Assembly (NCBI GenBank): GCA_964537765.1
Contig: CAZICB010000001.1
Location: forward strand, 107,078-171,077
Origin: an uncultured Lachnospiraceae bacterium
GTDB taxonomy: Bacteria; Bacillota; Clostridia; Lachnospirales; Lachnospiraceae
DNA: 64,000 nucleotides
Direction of reading: 5' to 3'
In this document: piece by piece, positions 18,882 through 30,173 of the stretch
Position numbering within the stretch: position 1 is the stretch's first letter
How the letters are laid out: the number at the start of each line of letters is the position of its first letter
Position numbers and translations under genes: made by a program
The notes under the pieces: generated by a model
The model's database searches: none
Told to the model about the DNA's origin: nothing
The model's input: the letters and a program-made list of their open reading frames with translations, nothing else

Positions 18882-19577
18882 ATGAATCGGAATATACAGG
18901 GCCTGGAGGAGCGAATCGGCTATCAGTTCCGGGACAAGCAGCTGTTTAAGCAGGCGCTGACTCACAGCTCCTATGTAAACGAGCACCGGATGGATAAGCT
19001 GTCCTGCAATGAGCGGCTGGAATTTTTGGGAGACGCGGTTCTGGAAGTGGTATCCAGCGAGTTTTTATATGGCAAATACCCGGAAAAGCCGGAGGGAGAA
19101 TTGACCAAAATCCGGGCCAGCATGGTCTGTGAGCCGTCCCTGGCTTACTGCGCGTCAGAGCTGGATTTGGGCGCTTATCTGCGGCTGGGCAAAGGAGAGG
19201 ACGCCACCGGAGGGCGGGGACGTGCTTCCGTGGTTTCGGATGCCATGGAGGCGCTGATCGGCGCGATTTATCTGGATGGTGGTTTTGCTAATGCAAAAGA
19301 GTTCATTCACCGCTACATCCTGAATGATATGGAGAACAAGCAGCTCTTTTATGATAGCAAGACTATCCTGCAGGAGATGGTCCAGGCAGGCGAGGGCCGG
19401 CGCCTGGAGTATGAAATCTTAAAGGAGGAGGGCCCGGATCACAACAAAACCTTTGAAATCCGCGCCCTGCTTGATGGGAAAGAAATCGGGAGAGGAAGCG
19501 GAAGAACGAAAAAAGCGGCGGAGCAGCTGGCTGCCTACCGCGGCATTCTGAAGCTGAGGGATGATTTATGTATTTAA
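18882..19577 (+). CDS. rnc: ribonuclease III
   Basis: NERLEFLGDAVL signature, C-terminal dsRBD; ATG 18882 behind AAGGAG. Confidence 0.96.
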   Translation: MNRNIQGLEERIGYQFRDKQLFKQALTHSSYVNEHRMDKLSCNERLEFLGDAVLEVVSSEFLYGKYPEKPEGELTKIRASMVCEPSLAYCASELDLGAYLRLGKGEDATGGRGRASVVSDAMEALIGAIYLDGGFANAKEFIHRYILNDMENKQLFYDSKTILQEMVQAGEGRRLEYEILKEEGPDHNKTFEIRALLDGKEIGRGSGRTKKAAEQLAAYRGILKLRDDLCI

Positions 19578-22500
19578 AAAGCATTGAGATACAAGGCTTT
19601 AAATCCTTTGCCAATAAGCTTTTGTTTGAGTTTCACAATGGCATCACCGGCATTGTCGGCCCAAACGGAAGCGGAAAAAGCAATGTGGCGGACGCGGTCC
19701 GCTGGGTGCTGGGCGAGCAGCGGATTAAGCAGCTGCGGGGAGCCAGCATGCAGGATGTGATCTTTGCGGGCACCGAGCTGCGAAAGCCCCAGGGCTTTGC
19801 CTATGTGGCCATCACCCTGGACAATAGCGATCATCAGCTTGCCATCGATTATGATCAGGTGACCGTTTCCCGGCGGCTTTACCGCTCGGGGGAAAGCGAA
19901 TATATGATCAATGGCAGCGCCTGTCGCTTAAAGGACATCAACGAGATGTTTTATGATACGGGAATCGGCAAGGAGGGCTATTCCATCATCGGCCAGGGCC
20001 AGATCGACAAGATCCTGAGCGGAAAGCCGGAGGAACGGCGGGAGCTGTTTGATGAGGCCGCCGGCATTGTCAAGTTCAAACGGAGAAAGGCCATTGCCCA
20101 GAAAAAACTGGAGGATGAAAAGCAGAACCTGGTCCGGGTCAGCGATATTTTAGCGGAGCTGGAAAAGCAGGTGGGTCCCCTTGCGCGTCAGTCGGAAGCG
20201 GCCAGAAAATATCTGGCCCTGAAGGATGAGCTGAAATCCTACGAGGTCAACCAGTTCCTTATGGAGTCAGAGGATATCCGGGGGCGGCTGGGAGAATTGG
20301 ACGGAAAGATCACCATAGTCTCCGGCGATATGGAGGATGCCGGTCAGGAAAGCGAACGGCAGAAGGCGGAGTATGACCGGCTGGCCGGGGAGATCGGAGA
20401 GCTGGACGGACAGATCGGACAGACGACGGCAGCTCTGTCCCAGGCACAGATGCTGAGGCAGAACCTGGAGGGCCAGATCAATGTTTTAAACGAACAGATC
20501 CGCACGGAGCAGATGCATGCGGAGCATATCCGCACCCGCATGGAGGCCATCGACAGGGAGCTGGAGGAAAAAAACTATCAGATCGTCCACTACCAGACGG
20601 ACAGCGCGGATATTTTGGAATCGGCAAAGAAAAGCCATGTGCGGGAGTTAGAGGCGGAGGAAGCCTTGCGGCAGGATGATGAACAGATCATGCTGCTGGA
20701 TGATAAAATCGAGCAGGCGAAAAACAGTATGATCGCCGGACTCAATGAAAAGGCATCCTTAAGCGCGCGTCAACAGCGCTATGAGACCATGCTGGAGCAG
20801 ATCCAGGTGCGCCGCTCAGAGGTCTGCCAAAAGCTTTTGAAATATAAAAGCGACGAGTCGGTTCAGGAGCAGCAGCTTCTTGCAGAGCAGGAAAAGGTCC
20901 AAAACGCCCAGGAGGACATCCGTCAGCTGGAATTTTCCCAGACGGAGCAAGAGCAGGAGACCGCCCGCCTGGAACAGGAGGTCCGCCGGCTTTCTCGCAG
21001 CTTAAATGAAAGGCAGCAGGAATACCACACCGCCTACACCCGTCTGGAATCCCTGCGCAACCTGGCAGAGCGCTATGACGGCTACGGCAATAGCATCCGC
21101 CGGGTGATGGAGGTCCGGGACCGGGTCCGCGGCATCCGCGGCGTGGTTGCCGATCTGATCGCCACGGAAAAGAAATATGAGACGGCCATCGAGACGGCGC
21201 TGGGCGGCAGCATCCAGAATGTGGTCACCGACTCGGAGCAGACGGCCAAGCATTTGATCGAATATCTAAAGAAAAATAAATACGGCAGAGTGACCTTTCT
21301 GCCTTTGGCCAGCGTCGGGCAAAAAGCAGGCTTTCATCAGCCGGAAGCCCTGCGGGAGCCGGGGATTATCGGCCTGGCCAGCGACCTGGTACAGGTGGAT
21401 GAGGAATATCAGGGACTATCCCGGTATCTTTTAGGGCGGGTGTTGGTGGCAGACACCATCGATCACGCCATCGCCGTCGCCAGAAAATACCGCTATACCC
21501 TGCGGATCGTGACCCTGGAGGGCGAGCTGCTAAGCGCCGGGGGATCCATGACCGGAGGCGCCTTTAAAAATTCCAGCAATCTGCTGGGGAGAAAACGGGA
21601 GCTGGAGGAGCTGGAGGAACAGTGCAAAAAGGCTCTCCGTGCCAGCGACCAGCTGCAGAAGGAGCTTTCTTTAAACGAGGGACTTTTGCGGGAAACCAGG
21701 GAGGCCTTGGAGCAGACCAAACAGAAGCAGCACCAGGCATCCCTGGTATTAAATACCTTGCAGATCAATGTCAGTCAGCTGGAGGATAAGCGGCAGGAAA
21801 TCCGGGAATCCTATGAGGATCTGGAGCTGGAAAACCGTCAGCTGGCAGTCCAGATCCAGGAGATCGAGGGCAGCCGCAGCGGCATTGCAAAGGACAGCGA
21901 TTCCCTGGAGCAAATGAACGTCCAGGCAGAAAAGGATATTGGGCAGATGAGCCAGAAGCTGGAGGCGGCAAAGGCCGCCCGGGAGCAGACGGCCCGCCGG
22001 CTGGAGACGGCCCGCCTGGAAGCGGCCAATTTAAAACAGAAGGTGGATTTCGTAAAGGAGAATATCCGCCGTGTGGAAGAGGAAATCGGAAAGCTGAAGG
22101 AAGAGCTGGAGGGACTGTCCGCAGGCACCGGGGATTCCGGCCAGGTGATCGCGGGAAAGCAGCAGGAAATCGCCGCTTTGCAAAAGCAGATCCAGGAGGC
22201 AGAGCAGGAAAAGGGAAGGCTTGAGGAAGCGCTTGCCGCCTATACGGAAAAAAAATCGGCGGCAAACCAGGCACAGAAGGGCTTTTTCGACAAGCGGGAG
22301 GAGCTTTCCGGGCGGATCAGCCGTCTGGATAAAGAACTGTTTCGCCTGCAAAGTCAGAAGGAAAAGCAGGAGGAAAAGCTGGAGAGCCTGGTCAATTACA
22401 TGTGGAGCGAATATGAGCTGACCCTGACTATGGCGGCGCCCATGCGCAGTCCGGAGCTTTCTTCCTTAAGTGATATCAAAAAACGGGTGGAGGAATTAAA

Positions 22501-23128
22501 AACCGCCATTCGTGCCCTGGGAAATGTAAATGTCAATGCCATCGAGGATTACAAGGAGATTTCTCAGCGGTATGAATTTATGAAAACCCAGCACGATGAT
22601 CTGGCGCAGGCCGAGCAGACCTTGCTGGGAATCATCGATGAGCTGGACGCGGGCATGAAGCGGCAGTTTGAGGAAAAATTCCGGGAGATCCGCCTGGAAT
22701 TTGACCGGGTGTTCAAGGAGCTGTTCGGCGGCGGTTATGGGACCCTGGAGCTGATGGAGGATATGGATATTTTGGAGGCCGGCATCCAGATCATCGCCCA
22801 GCCGCCGGGCAAAAAGCTGCAGAATATGATGCAGCTTTCCGGCGGTGAGAAGGCGCTGACGGCCATCGCTCTTTTGTTTGCCATCCAGAACCTGAAGCCA
22901 TCCCCTTTTTGTCTCCTGGACGAAATCGAGGCGGCCCTGGATGATTCCAATGTGGACCGGTTCGCCAAATATCTGCACAAGCTGACGAAGAATACCCAGT
23001 TTATAGTCATTACCCACCGGCGAGGCACCATGGTCGCCTCAGACCGTTTGTACGGGATTACCATGCAGGAAAAGGGTGTATCCACCCTGGTGAGCGTAAA
23101 CCTGATAGAAGATCAATTGGACCAATAG
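19568..23128 (+). CDS. smc: chromosome segregation protein SMC
   Basis: GPNGSGKSN, coiled coils, hinge, LSGGE and LDEIEAALD motifs. Confidence 0.97.
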   Translation: MYLKSIEIQGFKSFANKLLFEFHNGITGIVGPNGSGKSNVADAVRWVLGEQRIKQLRGASMQDVIFAGTELRKPQGFAYVAITLDNSDHQLAIDYDQVTVSRRLYRSGESEYMINGSACRLKDINEMFYDTGIGKEGYSIIGQGQIDKILSGKPEERRELFDEAAGIVKFKRRKAIAQKKLEDEKQNLVRVSDILAELEKQVGPLARQSEAARKYLALKDELKSYEVNQFLMESEDIRGRLGELDGKITIVSGDMEDAGQESERQKAEYDRLAGEIGELDGQIGQTTAALSQAQMLRQNLEGQINVLNEQIRTEQMHAEHIRTRMEAIDRELEEKNYQIVHYQTDSADILESAKKSHVRELEAEEALRQDDEQIMLLDDKIEQAKNSMIAGLNEKASLSARQQRYETMLEQIQVRRSEVCQKLLKYKSDESVQEQQLLAEQEKVQNAQEDIRQLEFSQTEQEQETARLEQEVRRLSRSLNERQQEYHTAYTRLESLRNLAERYDGYGNSIRRVMEVRDRVRGIRGVVADLIATEKKYETAIETALGGSIQNVVTDSEQTAKHLIEYLKKNKYGRVTFLPLASVGQKAGFHQPEALREPGIIGLASDLVQVDEEYQGLSRYLLGRVLVADTIDHAIAVARKYRYTLRIVTLEGELLSAGGSMTGGAFKNSSNLLGRKRELEELEEQCKKALRASDQLQKELSLNEGLLRETREALEQTKQKQHQASLVLNTLQINVSQLEDKRQEIRESYEDLELENRQLAVQIQEIEGSRSGIAKDSDSLEQMNVQAEKDIGQMSQKLEAAKAAREQTARRLETARLEAANLKQKVDFVKENIRRVEEEIGKLKEELEGLSAGTGDSGQVIAGKQQEIAALQKQIQEAEQEKGRLEEALAAYTEKKSAANQAQKGFFDKREELSGRISRLDKELFRLQSQKEKQEEKLESLVNYMWSEYELTLTMAAPMRSPELSSLSDIKKRVEELKTAIRALGNVNVNAIEDYKEISQRYEFMKTQHDDLAQAEQTLLGIIDELDAGMKRQFEEKFREIRLEFDRVFKELFGGGYGTLELMEDMDILEAGIQIIAQPPGKKLQNMMQLSGGEKALTAIALLFAIQNLKPSPFCLLDEIEAALDDSNVDRFAKYLHKLTKNTQFIVITHRRGTMVASDRLYGITMQEKGVSTLVSVNLIEDQLDQ

Positions 23129-23148
23129 GGACAGATGGGAGATAGTTT

Positions 23149-24084
23149 ATGGAAGAAAAGAAAAAAGGATTTTTTGGACGGCTTGTGGAAGGGCTTGCCA
23201 AGACCCGGAGCAATATCGTTTCCGGCATGGATTCCATTTTCAGCGGCTTTTCCGCCATCGATGAGGATTTCTACGAGGAATTGGAGGAAACCCTGATCAT
23301 GGGTGATCTGGGCATCCGTACCACCATGTCCATCATGGAAGATCTGCGCAAAAAGGTGAAGGAGCAGCATATCAAGGAGCCGACGGAATGTAAGCAGCTT
23401 TTGATTGACTCCATCCGGGATCAGATGAACCTGGGTGAAAATGCCTATGAGTTTGAGAACCGCCGTTCGGTGGTGCTGATCATCGGCGTCAACGGCGTGG
23501 GAAAAACCACTTCGGTGGGCAAGCTGGCCGGACAGCTGAAGGATGAAGGAAAGCGGGTGATTCTGGCGGCGGCGGATACCTTCCGGGCGGCTGCTATCGA
23601 GCAGCTGACCGAGTGGGCGAACCGGGCCGGCGTGGAAATCATCTCCCAGCAGGAGGGCTCGGACCCGGCGGCGGTGATTTTTGACGCGGTGGCGGCGGCC
23701 AAATCCCGCCGGGCGGATGTGCTGATCTGCGACACCGCAGGCCGTCTCCACAATAAAAAGAACCTGATGGAGGAGATGAAAAAAATCAACCGCATCATCG
23801 ATAAGGAATATCCGGAGGCTTACCGGGAAACCCTGGTGGTACTCGACGGCACGACCGGGCAGAATGCGTTGACCCAGGCGCGGCAGTTTATGGAGGTGGC
23901 GGACATTACCGGCATTATTCTGACAAAGCTGGACGGCACGGCCAAGGGCGGCATCGCCGTGGCCATTCAGTCAGAACTGGGCATTCCGGTAAAGTACGTG
24001 GGCGTAGGAGAGAAAATCGACGATTTGCAGAAGTTCAATTCAGAGGACTTTGTAAATGCGCTGTTTCAGGTGCCAAAGGAATAA
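23149..24084 (+). CDS. ftsY: SRP receptor FtsY
   Basis: [21 protein letters not shown] and [10 protein letters not shown] motifs. Confidence 0.97.
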   Translation: MEEKKKGFFGRLVEGLAKTRSNIVSGMDSIFSGFSAIDEDFYEELEETLIMGDLGIRTTMSIMEDLRKKVKEQHIKEPTECKQLLIDSIRDQMNLGENAYEFENRRSVVLIIGVNGVGKTTSVGKLAGQLKDEGKRVILAAADTFRAAAIEQLTEWANRAGVEIISQQEGSDPAAVIFDAVAAAKSRRADVLICDTAGRLHNKKNLMEEMKKINRIIDKEYPEAYRETLVVLDGTTGQNALTQARQFMEVADITGIILTKLDGTAKGGIAVAIQSELGIPVKYVGVGEKIDDLQKFNSEDFVNALFQVPKE

Positions 24085-24195
24085 GCAAGGAACATAGAAA
24101 CAAACAGTTGACATAAAAATATTATGTAAATTGGATATAAAGAAATTTAAATGAAAGATGAATAAAAAGAAATAACGCGAGCGAGGAAGAAAGAT

Positions 24196-25440
24196 ATGGA
24201 TCAGGAACTGACACAGGAATTATCATTAGAGAAATTTGAGGAGGCTTTCGAGGAGGTGAAGAAGGTCACCCTGGAGACCAAGCTGGTTTACAGTGAATAC
24301 TTTTCCGCCATGTGCGGCAACAAGGTTTATTTCAAGCCTGAGAACATGCAATACACGGGCGCCTATAAGGTTCGCGGCGCCTACTATAAGATCAGCACCT
24401 TGAGCCAGGAGGAGAAGGAACGCGGTCTGATCACCGCCTCCGCCGGGAACCATGCGCAGGGCGTGGCCTACGCGGCAAAGCTGGCTGGCGCCAGGGCCGT
24501 GATCGTGATGCCCACCACCACGCCGCTGATAAAGGTCAACCGCACCCGCGGCTACGGTGCGGAGGTGGTTCTTTACGGGAATGTGTTTGACGAGGCCTGC
24601 GAGTACGCCTACAAGCTGGCAGATGAGCATGGCTATACCTTTATCCATCCCTTCGATGACCTGGATGTGGCCACCGGACAGGGAACCATCGCCATGGAAA
24701 TCATCAAGGAGCTCCCCACGGTGGATTATATTTTAGTCCCCATCGGCGGCGGCGGCCTTTGTACAGGCGTTTCTACCCTGGCAAAGCTTTTGAATCCGAA
24801 GATCAAAATCATCGGCGTGGAGCCGGCGGGCGCCAATTGCATGCAGGTGTCCCTGCGGGAGGGACATCCGGTGACCCTGCCGCAGGTGAATACCATAGCG
24901 GACGGCACGGCCGTGAAGCATCCGGGGGAGAAGCTGTTCCCCTATATCCAACAGAATGTGGACGACATAATCACCGTGGAGGATTCGGAGCTGATCGTGG
25001 CCTTCCTGGATATGGTGGAAAATCACAAGATGGTAGTGGAAAATTCCGGCCTTCTGACGGTGGCTGCCCTGCGTCATATGAACGTGCAAAAGAAAAAAAT
25101 CGTGGCCATTTTGAGCGGCGGAAACATGGATGTGATCACGATGTCCTCCGTGGTGCAGCACGGTCTGATCCAGAGAGATCGGATCTTTACCGTATCTGTG
25201 CTGCTGCCGGATAAGCCGGGTGAGCTTGCCAAGGTAGCCGCCTTGCTGGCCGAGGAAAAGGGAAATGTAATCAAGCTGGAGCATAACCAGTTCGTCAGCA
25301 TCAACCGCAACGCGGCGGTGGAACTGCGCATTACTCTGGAGGCGGAGGGAACGGAGCATAAGAACCGGATTGTACAGGCATTGAATGATGCCGGTTACCG
25401 GCCAAAGCTGGTGAAATCCAAAGGAACCATCAGTGACTAA
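24196..25440 (+). CDS. ilvA: threonine ammonia-lyase with C-terminal ACT domain
   Basis: KPENMQYTGAYKVRG (PLP Lys), SAGNHAQG, GGGGL and SGGN motifs; ACT start LPDKPGEL. Confidence 0.92.
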   Translation: MDQELTQELSLEKFEEAFEEVKKVTLETKLVYSEYFSAMCGNKVYFKPENMQYTGAYKVRGAYYKISTLSQEEKERGLITASAGNHAQGVAYAAKLAGARAVIVMPTTTPLIKVNRTRGYGAEVVLYGNVFDEACEYAYKLADEHGYTFIHPFDDLDVATGQGTIAMEIIKELPTVDYILVPIGGGGLCTGVSTLAKLLNPKIKIIGVEPAGANCMQVSLREGHPVTLPQVNTIADGTAVKHPGEKLFPYIQQNVDDIITVEDSELIVAFLDMVENHKMVVENSGLLTVAALRHMNVQKKKIVAILSGGNMDVITMSSVVQHGLIQRDRIFTVSVLLPDKPGELAKVAALLAEEKGNVIKLEHNQFVSINRNAAVELRITLEAEGTEHKNRIVQALNDAGYRPKLVKSKGTISD

Positions 25441-25455
25441 GTACAGGTACAGGGG

Positions 25456-26718
25456 ATGATCAATATGATAGACGGCAGAGAAACTCCGTTGATGCAAAAT
25501 ATCCGTTATTTTTTGAAATGGACGTTCATTTCCATCTTGATCGGAGTGATAGTGGGAACCATCGGTTCTGTTTTCGGACATGGGGTTATCTGGGCCACCG
25601 GATTCTGGCAGCAGAATCATTGGACCTTGTTTCTGGCTCCCGTTTCCGGCCTGCTGATCGTATGGCTTTATAAGGTGACCAGGGAGGAGAAAAACCGTGG
25701 AACCAATATGGTCCTGGATTCGATTTCTTCCAACGAAGAGATCACGATAACCACCGGACCGTTGATTTTTATTTCCACGATCCTCAGCCATTTTGTCAGC
25801 GCCTCCGCTGGTCGGGAGGGCGCGGCTCTGCAGCTGGGCGGCAGCATCGGCAGCTGGATGGGAAAGCTTTTAAAGCTGGATGAGCAGGATAAAAAGATCG
25901 CGGTCATGTGCGGCATGAGCGCCTGCTTTTCCGCGCTGTTTGGCACACCGCTGGCGGCCGGCGTCTTTTCCATGGAGGTGGTCAGCGTGGGCGTCATGTA
26001 TTACGCCGCTTTGGTCCCTTGCCTGTTTGCTTCCTTTATCGGCGCGGCCATTGCCGGGAGGCTTGGTCTTTCGCCGGAGCACTATGAAATCGGCGCCATC
26101 CTGGAGTGGGGGCCGGGCAGCGCGGCCCTGACGGTCATTCTGGCATGCCTGTGTGCCGTGGTGGGGATTCTGTTTTGCTCTGCCTTACATAAAACCGGAC
26201 ATGCCTACAAAAAATATTTTCCCAATACCTACGCCCGGGTGGTGGCGGGCAGCGTGATCTATATTTTGCTGACGTTGATTTTTAACGACCGCCTTTACAA
26301 CGGCGGCGGCCTGCACCTGATCGAACGGTGCTTCGAGGGGGAAAGCGTGCCCTGTTATGCGTTTCTGATGAAGATTGTCTTTACGGCGGTGGCGTTGGAG
26401 GCCGGCTTTAAGGGCGGCGAAATCGTTCCCACCCTGTGCATCGGGGCCACCTTCGGATATACCTTCGCGACCCTTTTGGGACTGCCGGGCGGGCTGTTTG
26501 CGGCAGTAGGCATGATGGCGCTGTTTGTCAGTGTAACCAACTGTCCGGTGTCCACGGTCCTGATGGCGTTTGAACTGTTTGGCTTTGAGGCAATGCCCTA
26601 TTTTGCCATCGGCATCGCCGTCAGCTTTACCTTATCCGGCTATTACGGGCTGTACAGCAGCCAGAAGTTTATTTTTTCCAAAATCCGGACGGAGTATATC
26701 AACCGCAAATCCAATTGA
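25456..26718 (+). CDS. ClC-family chloride/fluoride channel or antiporter
   Basis: GREGAALQ, FGTPLA and GFKGGEIVP motifs; many TM helices. Confidence 0.88.
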   Translation: MINMIDGRETPLMQNIRYFLKWTFISILIGVIVGTIGSVFGHGVIWATGFWQQNHWTLFLAPVSGLLIVWLYKVTREEKNRGTNMVLDSISSNEEITITTGPLIFISTILSHFVSASAGREGAALQLGGSIGSWMGKLLKLDEQDKKIAVMCGMSACFSALFGTPLAAGVFSMEVVSVGVMYYAALVPCLFASFIGAAIAGRLGLSPEHYEIGAILEWGPGSAALTVILACLCAVVGILFCSALHKTGHAYKKYFPNTYARVVAGSVIYILLTLIFNDRLYNGGGLHLIERCFEGESVPCYAFLMKIVFTAVALEAGFKGGEIVPTLCIGATFGYTFATLLGLPGGLFAAVGMMALFVSVTNCPVSTVLMAFELFGFEAMPYFAIGIAVSFTLSGYYGLYSSQKFIFSKIRTEYINRKSN

Positions 26719-26739
26719 GCGGGAGGCGAAGATTGAAAA

Positions 26740-28071
26740 ATGAAAACACGGATTGAACATGTGACGGTTCTGACCATGGATGAAGAACGAAAGGTATATC
26801 CGGACGGTTATGTATTGATCGAAGATGACCGGATTCTGGAGGCAGGAGCGGCAGGAGATGTGGTTCCGGTAAGCAGCCCGGAGGAGGTCCGGGTGGTGGA
26901 CGGCAAAAACGGCATTCTGATGCCGGGCATGATCAATGTCCACAGCCATATTCCCATGGTGCCCTTCCGGTCCATGGGGGATGACTGCCCGGACCGGCTG
27001 CGCCGTTTTTTGTTTCCCCTGGAACTGGAGGCCATGACCCCCGGGCTGGTTTACGCGGCATCCCGATATGCGGCGGCGGAGCTTTTGCTTTCCGGCGTGA
27101 CCTCGGTGCTGGATATGTATTATTTTGAGGATCAGGTGGCTGAGGCCTGCCTGGATATGGGTATTCGCGCCTGGGTGGGGGAAACGGTGATCCATATGGA
27201 AACCTGTGACAGCAAGACCCCTGGCGGAGGCCTGGATTTTTGCCGTCCTTTTTTGAAAAAGTGGAGCGGCCATGGTCGGATCCATCCGCTGGTGGCGCCC
27301 CACGCCACCAACACCAATCCGCCCGAGCTACTTAAAGCCGCCTATGATCTGGCGCGGGAATACGATGTGCTTTATACGCTCCATGTCAGCGAAATGGATT
27401 ATGAAATGACATATTTCCGGGAAACCTATGGAAAGACTCCGGTACAGTTCATGAAGGATTTGGGGGTTTTGGATGAGAAAACCATCGCCGCCCACTGCAT
27501 CCATCTGGAGGAGGAGGACATCCGCATTCTGGCGGCATCCGGCGCCAAAGTCGCCCACTGTGTCAATGCCAATACCAAGGCAGGCAAGGGCATCTGCCCG
27601 GTTCGGGATTTGCTGCGGGCAGGCGTGGACGTAGGGCTAGGCACTGACGGTCCCTCCTCGGGCAATACCCTGGAGCTTTTTACTCAGATGCGCATGGCGG
27701 CTTGCTTTCAGAAAACAAAATACCACGACCGGGCGTTGCTTCCGGCCATCCAGGTGGTGGAGCTTGCCACCCTTAGCGGCGCGGCGGTTCTGGGAGCCGG
27801 GCAGGAGATCGGTTCCATTGAGCCGGGAAAGAAGGCGGACCTGGTGCTTTTAGAAACAGAGTCCGCCAATATGTTTCCGGTTTACAATCCTTACGCGGCG
27901 GTGGTATATTCTGCCGGACCGGCCAATGTGGACAGCGTGTGGGTAGACGGACGTCGGCTGGTGGAGGGTCACAAGCTGACGGAAAAATCCCTTCCCCTTC
28001 TGCGGTCCGGGCTGCAGCGGGAGATGTCGGATTTCTGGCGTTTGGCCAGAAAATATGAAGACATGATATAA
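26740..28071 (+). CDS. metal-dependent amidohydrolase, MtaD/AtzA-like (purine nucleoside deaminase family)
   Basis: PGMINVHSH, LHVSE, AHC, GTDG and GSIEPGKKAD motifs. Confidence 0.85.
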   Translation: MKTRIEHVTVLTMDEERKVYPDGYVLIEDDRILEAGAAGDVVPVSSPEEVRVVDGKNGILMPGMINVHSHIPMVPFRSMGDDCPDRLRRFLFPLELEAMTPGLVYAASRYAAAELLLSGVTSVLDMYYFEDQVAEACLDMGIRAWVGETVIHMETCDSKTPGGGLDFCRPFLKKWSGHGRIHPLVAPHATNTNPPELLKAAYDLAREYDVLYTLHVSEMDYEMTYFRETYGKTPVQFMKDLGVLDEKTIAAHCIHLEEEDIRILAASGAKVAHCVNANTKAGKGICPVRDLLRAGVDVGLGTDGPSSGNTLELFTQMRMAACFQKTKYHDRALLPAIQVVELATLSGAAVLGAGQEIGSIEPGKKADLVLLETESANMFPVYNPYAAVVYSAGPANVDSVWVDGRRLVEGHKLTEKSLPLLRSGLQREMSDFWRLARKYEDMI

Positions 28072-28074
28072 TGA

Positions 28075-28148
28075 GCGAAAGCGAGCCGTAAGGGAGCTTT
28101 CTTACTCACGGTGAGCGGCGAATGCCGATCATGAACGAAGTTCATGAT
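28075..28148. repeat. two-hairpin repeat family A, copy 1
   Basis: gagccgtaagggagct identical to 56555-56570; second hairpin atcatgaac-gaa-gttcatgat. Confidence 0.8.
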
Positions 28149-28200
28149 ATAAGATATGGTGATAACAACCGGTTTTAAATGATAAAAATCTTATAAATAA

Positions 28201-28229
28201 TTGACAATTTATTATAAGAATGATATGTT
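28201..28229 (+). promoter_or_regulatory. sigma-A promoter of ABC operon
   Basis: TTGACA, 17 bp, TGaTATGTT. Confidence 0.55.
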
Positions 28230-28265
28230 TATGATGTAATTTCAAAAGAAAGGTTGGTAAAGCCA

Positions 28266-29099
28266 ATGCTTGAGAAAAAGACAAAGATCTATTGGCTGTT
28301 CATCCTGCCGGGGTGCCTGTTTCTGGCAGTATTTATGTTGATTCCCCTGTTTTCCCTGATTTTAAAAACTTTTTTTGATGATGCCGGAAGCTTTTCCCTT
28401 GGAAATTATTTCGCGCTTTTGGACAGCACCTACTTTAAGCAGGTGTTCTGGCGCAGCATCCGGCTCAGCCTTGTAAGCACTTTCGCCTGCGCACTCTTAG
28501 GCTTTCCAACCGCCTATTATATTTCCAAGTATTCCAAAAACAAAGGAATCCTGATGGCGCTGGCGGTGTTTCCCATGTTTACCAGTCCGGTTATCCGTTC
28601 CTTTAGCTGGATGGTTATTCTGGGAAAGAAGGGCTTTATCAACGACCTTTTGGTAAATTTCGGCCTTGTGAAAAAGCCTGTCAGCCTGCTTTATAATGAA
28701 TTTTCCATGGTGGTAGGCTTTATCCAGCTGTTTCTTCCTTTGATGATCCTCTCCCTGATCGGCGTGATGGACAATATTTCCGAGGATTTGAATCTGGCGG
28801 CGGGCAGTCTGGGAGCCTCCCGGGCCTCGACCTTCCGCTATGTGATCCTGCCTTTAAGCATTCCCGGGCTGGTGACCGGCAGCGTATTGGTGTTTACCGG
28901 CTGTCTGACCGCTTATACGACGCCGCAGCTTTTGGGCGGCACGGATACCCGCGTGCTGGCCACCATGATTTACCAGCAGGCCATGTCCCTGGGCGACTGG
29001 ACCCAGGCTTCCGTGGTGGCGGTGGTGATGATCGTGATTACGATTCTGGTTTCCAATGGCATTAACGCGGTCAGCCGCAAGCTGAACCCGACCATATAA
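28266..29099 (+). CDS. ABC transporter permease (PotB-like)
   Basis: GFPTAY, VIRSFSW, EAA-like loop AAGSLGA, TPQLLGG. Confidence 0.88.
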   Translation: MLEKKTKIYWLFILPGCLFLAVFMLIPLFSLILKTFFDDAGSFSLGNYFALLDSTYFKQVFWRSIRLSLVSTFACALLGFPTAYYISKYSKNKGILMALAVFPMFTSPVIRSFSWMVILGKKGFINDLLVNFGLVKKPVSLLYNEFSMVVGFIQLFLPLMILSLIGVMDNISEDLNLAAGSLGASRASTFRYVILPLSIPGLVTGSVLVFTGCLTAYTTPQLLGGTDTRVLATMIYQQAMSLGDWTQASVVAVVMIVITILVSNGINAVSRKLNPTI

Positions 29100-29119
29100 G
29101 GTACAGAGAGGAGAAAGAG

Positions 29120-30157
29120 ATGGCACTTTTGGAATTGCAGGGGATTACCGCGGGATATGATAAGAATGTGATCCTGAAGGATCTTGATTTCCAGGTGGAG
29201 AAGGGGGAGTTGGTGTCTTTGCTTGGCTCCAGCGGATGCGGAAAAACCACAACCCTCCGCCTGATCGCCGGATTTTCCAATCCCATGGGCGGAAAATTCA
29301 TCTTCGACGGGAAGGATTATACCCAGGTTCCTTTGAACCGGCGGAATTTCGGGTTCGTATTCCAGAGCTACGCGTTATTCCCTCATATGACCGTGTTTGA
29401 CAATGTAGCCTTCGGCCTTAAGATGCGCAAGCTTCCCCAGGACCAGATCAAAAAAGAGGTTATGGAGATGTTAAAGACCGTGGACCTGGATGGCTTTGAA
29501 AACCGTTTTCCAAAGGAAATGTCCGGCGGTCAGCGCCAGAGAGTAGCCCTTGCCCGGGCACTGGTAATCAAGCCGGATCTGCTGCTTTTGGACGAGCCTC
29601 TTTCCAATCTGGACGCCAAGCTCAGAGTAAAGATGCGCGTGGAGATCCGCCGCCTTCAGCAGAAGTTTGGCTTTACGGCCATTTATGTGACCCATGACCA
29701 GGAAGAGTGTTTCGCCATCTCCGATAAGGTGGCCATCATGAACCATGGCGTGATTGAACAGATGGACAGTCCGTCTGTGATTTATAATCATCCAAAGACC
29801 GAGTTTATTGCCCGTTTCGTAGGCTTTGAAAATTTCCTGGATTTAAAGAGCACCAAAGCGGCCGGTGTTTACGAGGCGGCCAATGGCAGCCTGATCCAGG
29901 CGGCAGAGGGAAAATCCGGGGATTCCATAAGGGCATGTATCCGCCCGGAGGATATCCTGATTGTACCGGATGGGGCAGACGCCCCCAATCCTCTGCGCGG
30001 TGAGATTATGGTAAGTACCTTCCTTGGGAAGCGCAACCAATATAATGTTCGTACAGAAATCGGCGAGTTCGAGGTCAGCACGGACCAGGAAAGTGTTTAC
30101 AGGATCGGAGACCAGGTGACTTTGTCCCTGACTCCGGCAAAAATTATTTTGCTTTAA
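29120..30157 (+). CDS. ABC transporter ATP-binding protein (PotA-like, TOBE domain)
   Basis: GSSGCGKT, MSGGQRQR, LLLDEPLSNLD and HDQEE motifs. Confidence 0.93.
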   Translation: MALLELQGITAGYDKNVILKDLDFQVEKGELVSLLGSSGCGKTTTLRLIAGFSNPMGGKFIFDGKDYTQVPLNRRNFGFVFQSYALFPHMTVFDNVAFGLKMRKLPQDQIKKEVMEMLKTVDLDGFENRFPKEMSGGQRQRVALARALVIKPDLLLLDEPLSNLDAKLRVKMRVEIRRLQQKFGFTAIYVTHDQEECFAISDKVAIMNHGVIEQMDSPSVIYNHPKTEFIARFVGFENFLDLKSTKAAGVYEAANGSLIQAAEGKSGDSIRACIRPEDILIVPDGADAPNPLRGEIMVSTFLGKRNQYNVRTEIGEFEVSTDQESVYRIGDQVTLSLTPAKIILL

Positions 30158-30173
30158 AGAAAAGGAGAGTATT

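Noticed and set aside
24118-24132. CodY-box-like AATATTATGTAAATT upstream of ilvA
   Set aside because: Three mismatches in very AT-rich DNA, and no well-spaced -10 for the nearby TTGACA; plausible but unsupported
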